DNA of 64,000 nucleotides from Octopus sinensis (lineage: Eukaryota): contig NC_042997.1 of the NCBI RefSeq assembly GCF_006345805.1, positions 23,436,001 to 23,500,000 of the forward strand. The letters are read 5' to 3'. The translations under genes and the position numbers were made by a program. Positions within the stretch are counted from its first letter, which is position 1. Each line of letters starts with the position of its first letter. Below are positions 63,238-64,000 of the stretch, in pieces. The notes below the pieces were generated by a model. It searched no databases, had not been told where the DNA came from, and saw only the letters and a list, made by a program, of their open reading frames with translations.

Positions 63238-64000
63238 GTGCTACTACAAACGAAAGATCGCCGGAAACATCCAGGACTACATTACCTCGTCCTCTTCGTT
63301 TTTTTTTTTAGATAGTGGTGTGTGTTTTCGGTCTGATTTAGCTGCTATTTCTAGCAGTTGAACTCGTTTGGATTGGTACGCGCTTACACATGTGTTTGCG
63401 CCAGCCGCAGTCCAATGAAATCTAACTACTAAGTCCCATTTGCGCTTTTTGTTTTCTATCAACCATGTCATCTCTTTCACGTCAAATGTCAACAAATCAG
63501 CATATATGATTATCCTTCTCTCTTCCTATTGTATTAATCTAAACATTTTCCCTCGCCAGTAGCAATTAGCGCTTTAAACGAAGCGTTAAACCTGATTAAT
63601 CTGTAGTCTACACACCGGCCCCCACCTTTACAGTCTAGAAGCGGAGGAGTAAGTCAGGAGATAAACAAAAACTTAATTCATAAGTAATAATTTAGTTAAG
63701 ATAGGATGCGGTTAATTGATTAAATTCCAGGGTTTGGCTGATGCTTTGTTTTTATCAACCCATCAGAATAAAATAGCGCTTAATTCTCTGCCGATTTCTC
63801 CATTACTACTCCCCTAGCGAGACAATTGTTTTGCATGTGTCTGTTTAAGAACTGCTGATGTAAAGGTGTGTGTGTGTGAGTGAAGGGAGTTGAAACATTT
63901 ACAATGTAAAGTTAAACGCTCAATGAAATTGAAAGTGTATTATTGATGTTTTGTGCTTAAGCTCTTCTTCAGTAATATAGGTGAAAGGAAGAAAAAAATA

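Noticed and set aside
63286-63471. 62-codon minus-strand ORF ending at a good donor (GAG|GTAATG), a possible antisense gene in the SHPK intron
   Set aside because: No recognisable domain. Part of it (CTGCTAGAAATAGCAGCTAAATC) is a repeat motif also seen near 6170, 6530 and 62130. It cannot be supported without transcript data.

Overview
AT-rich, microsatellite-dense eukaryotic DNA. The SINE, RTE, CR1 and Penelope repeat families look like those of an octopod cephalopod (inferred from repeat content, not from a database hit). Only two host protein-coding exons are supportable, and they point away from each other. One is the first coding exon of a RING/B-box (TRIM) gene on the minus strand (4123-4633). 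The other is a long first coding exon of sedoheptulokinase (SHPK, FGGY family) on the plus strand (60671-61434). The ~56 kb between them is mostly decayed and nested transposons: RTE, CR1, RLE-type LINEs, Penelope-like elements, a Gypsy remnant, tRNA-derived SINEs, Helentron-type non-autonomous elements and hAT/piggyBac MITEs. Most short ORFs in the supplied track are repeat or microsatellite artefacts. The most unusual structures are: (1) a 4.4-kb fold-back inverted duplication (33876-38278) with a 71-bp spacer and a microhomology junction; (2) an 850-bp palindrome with no spacer in the SHPK intron, plus two smaller fold-backs; (3) several hammerhead-ribozyme motifs with palindromic stem III and co-varying stem I in Penelope-like terminal repeats; and (4) a three-level transposon nest just upstream of SHPK. 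Boundaries of degenerate repeats are approximate, and all alignments were done by eye.
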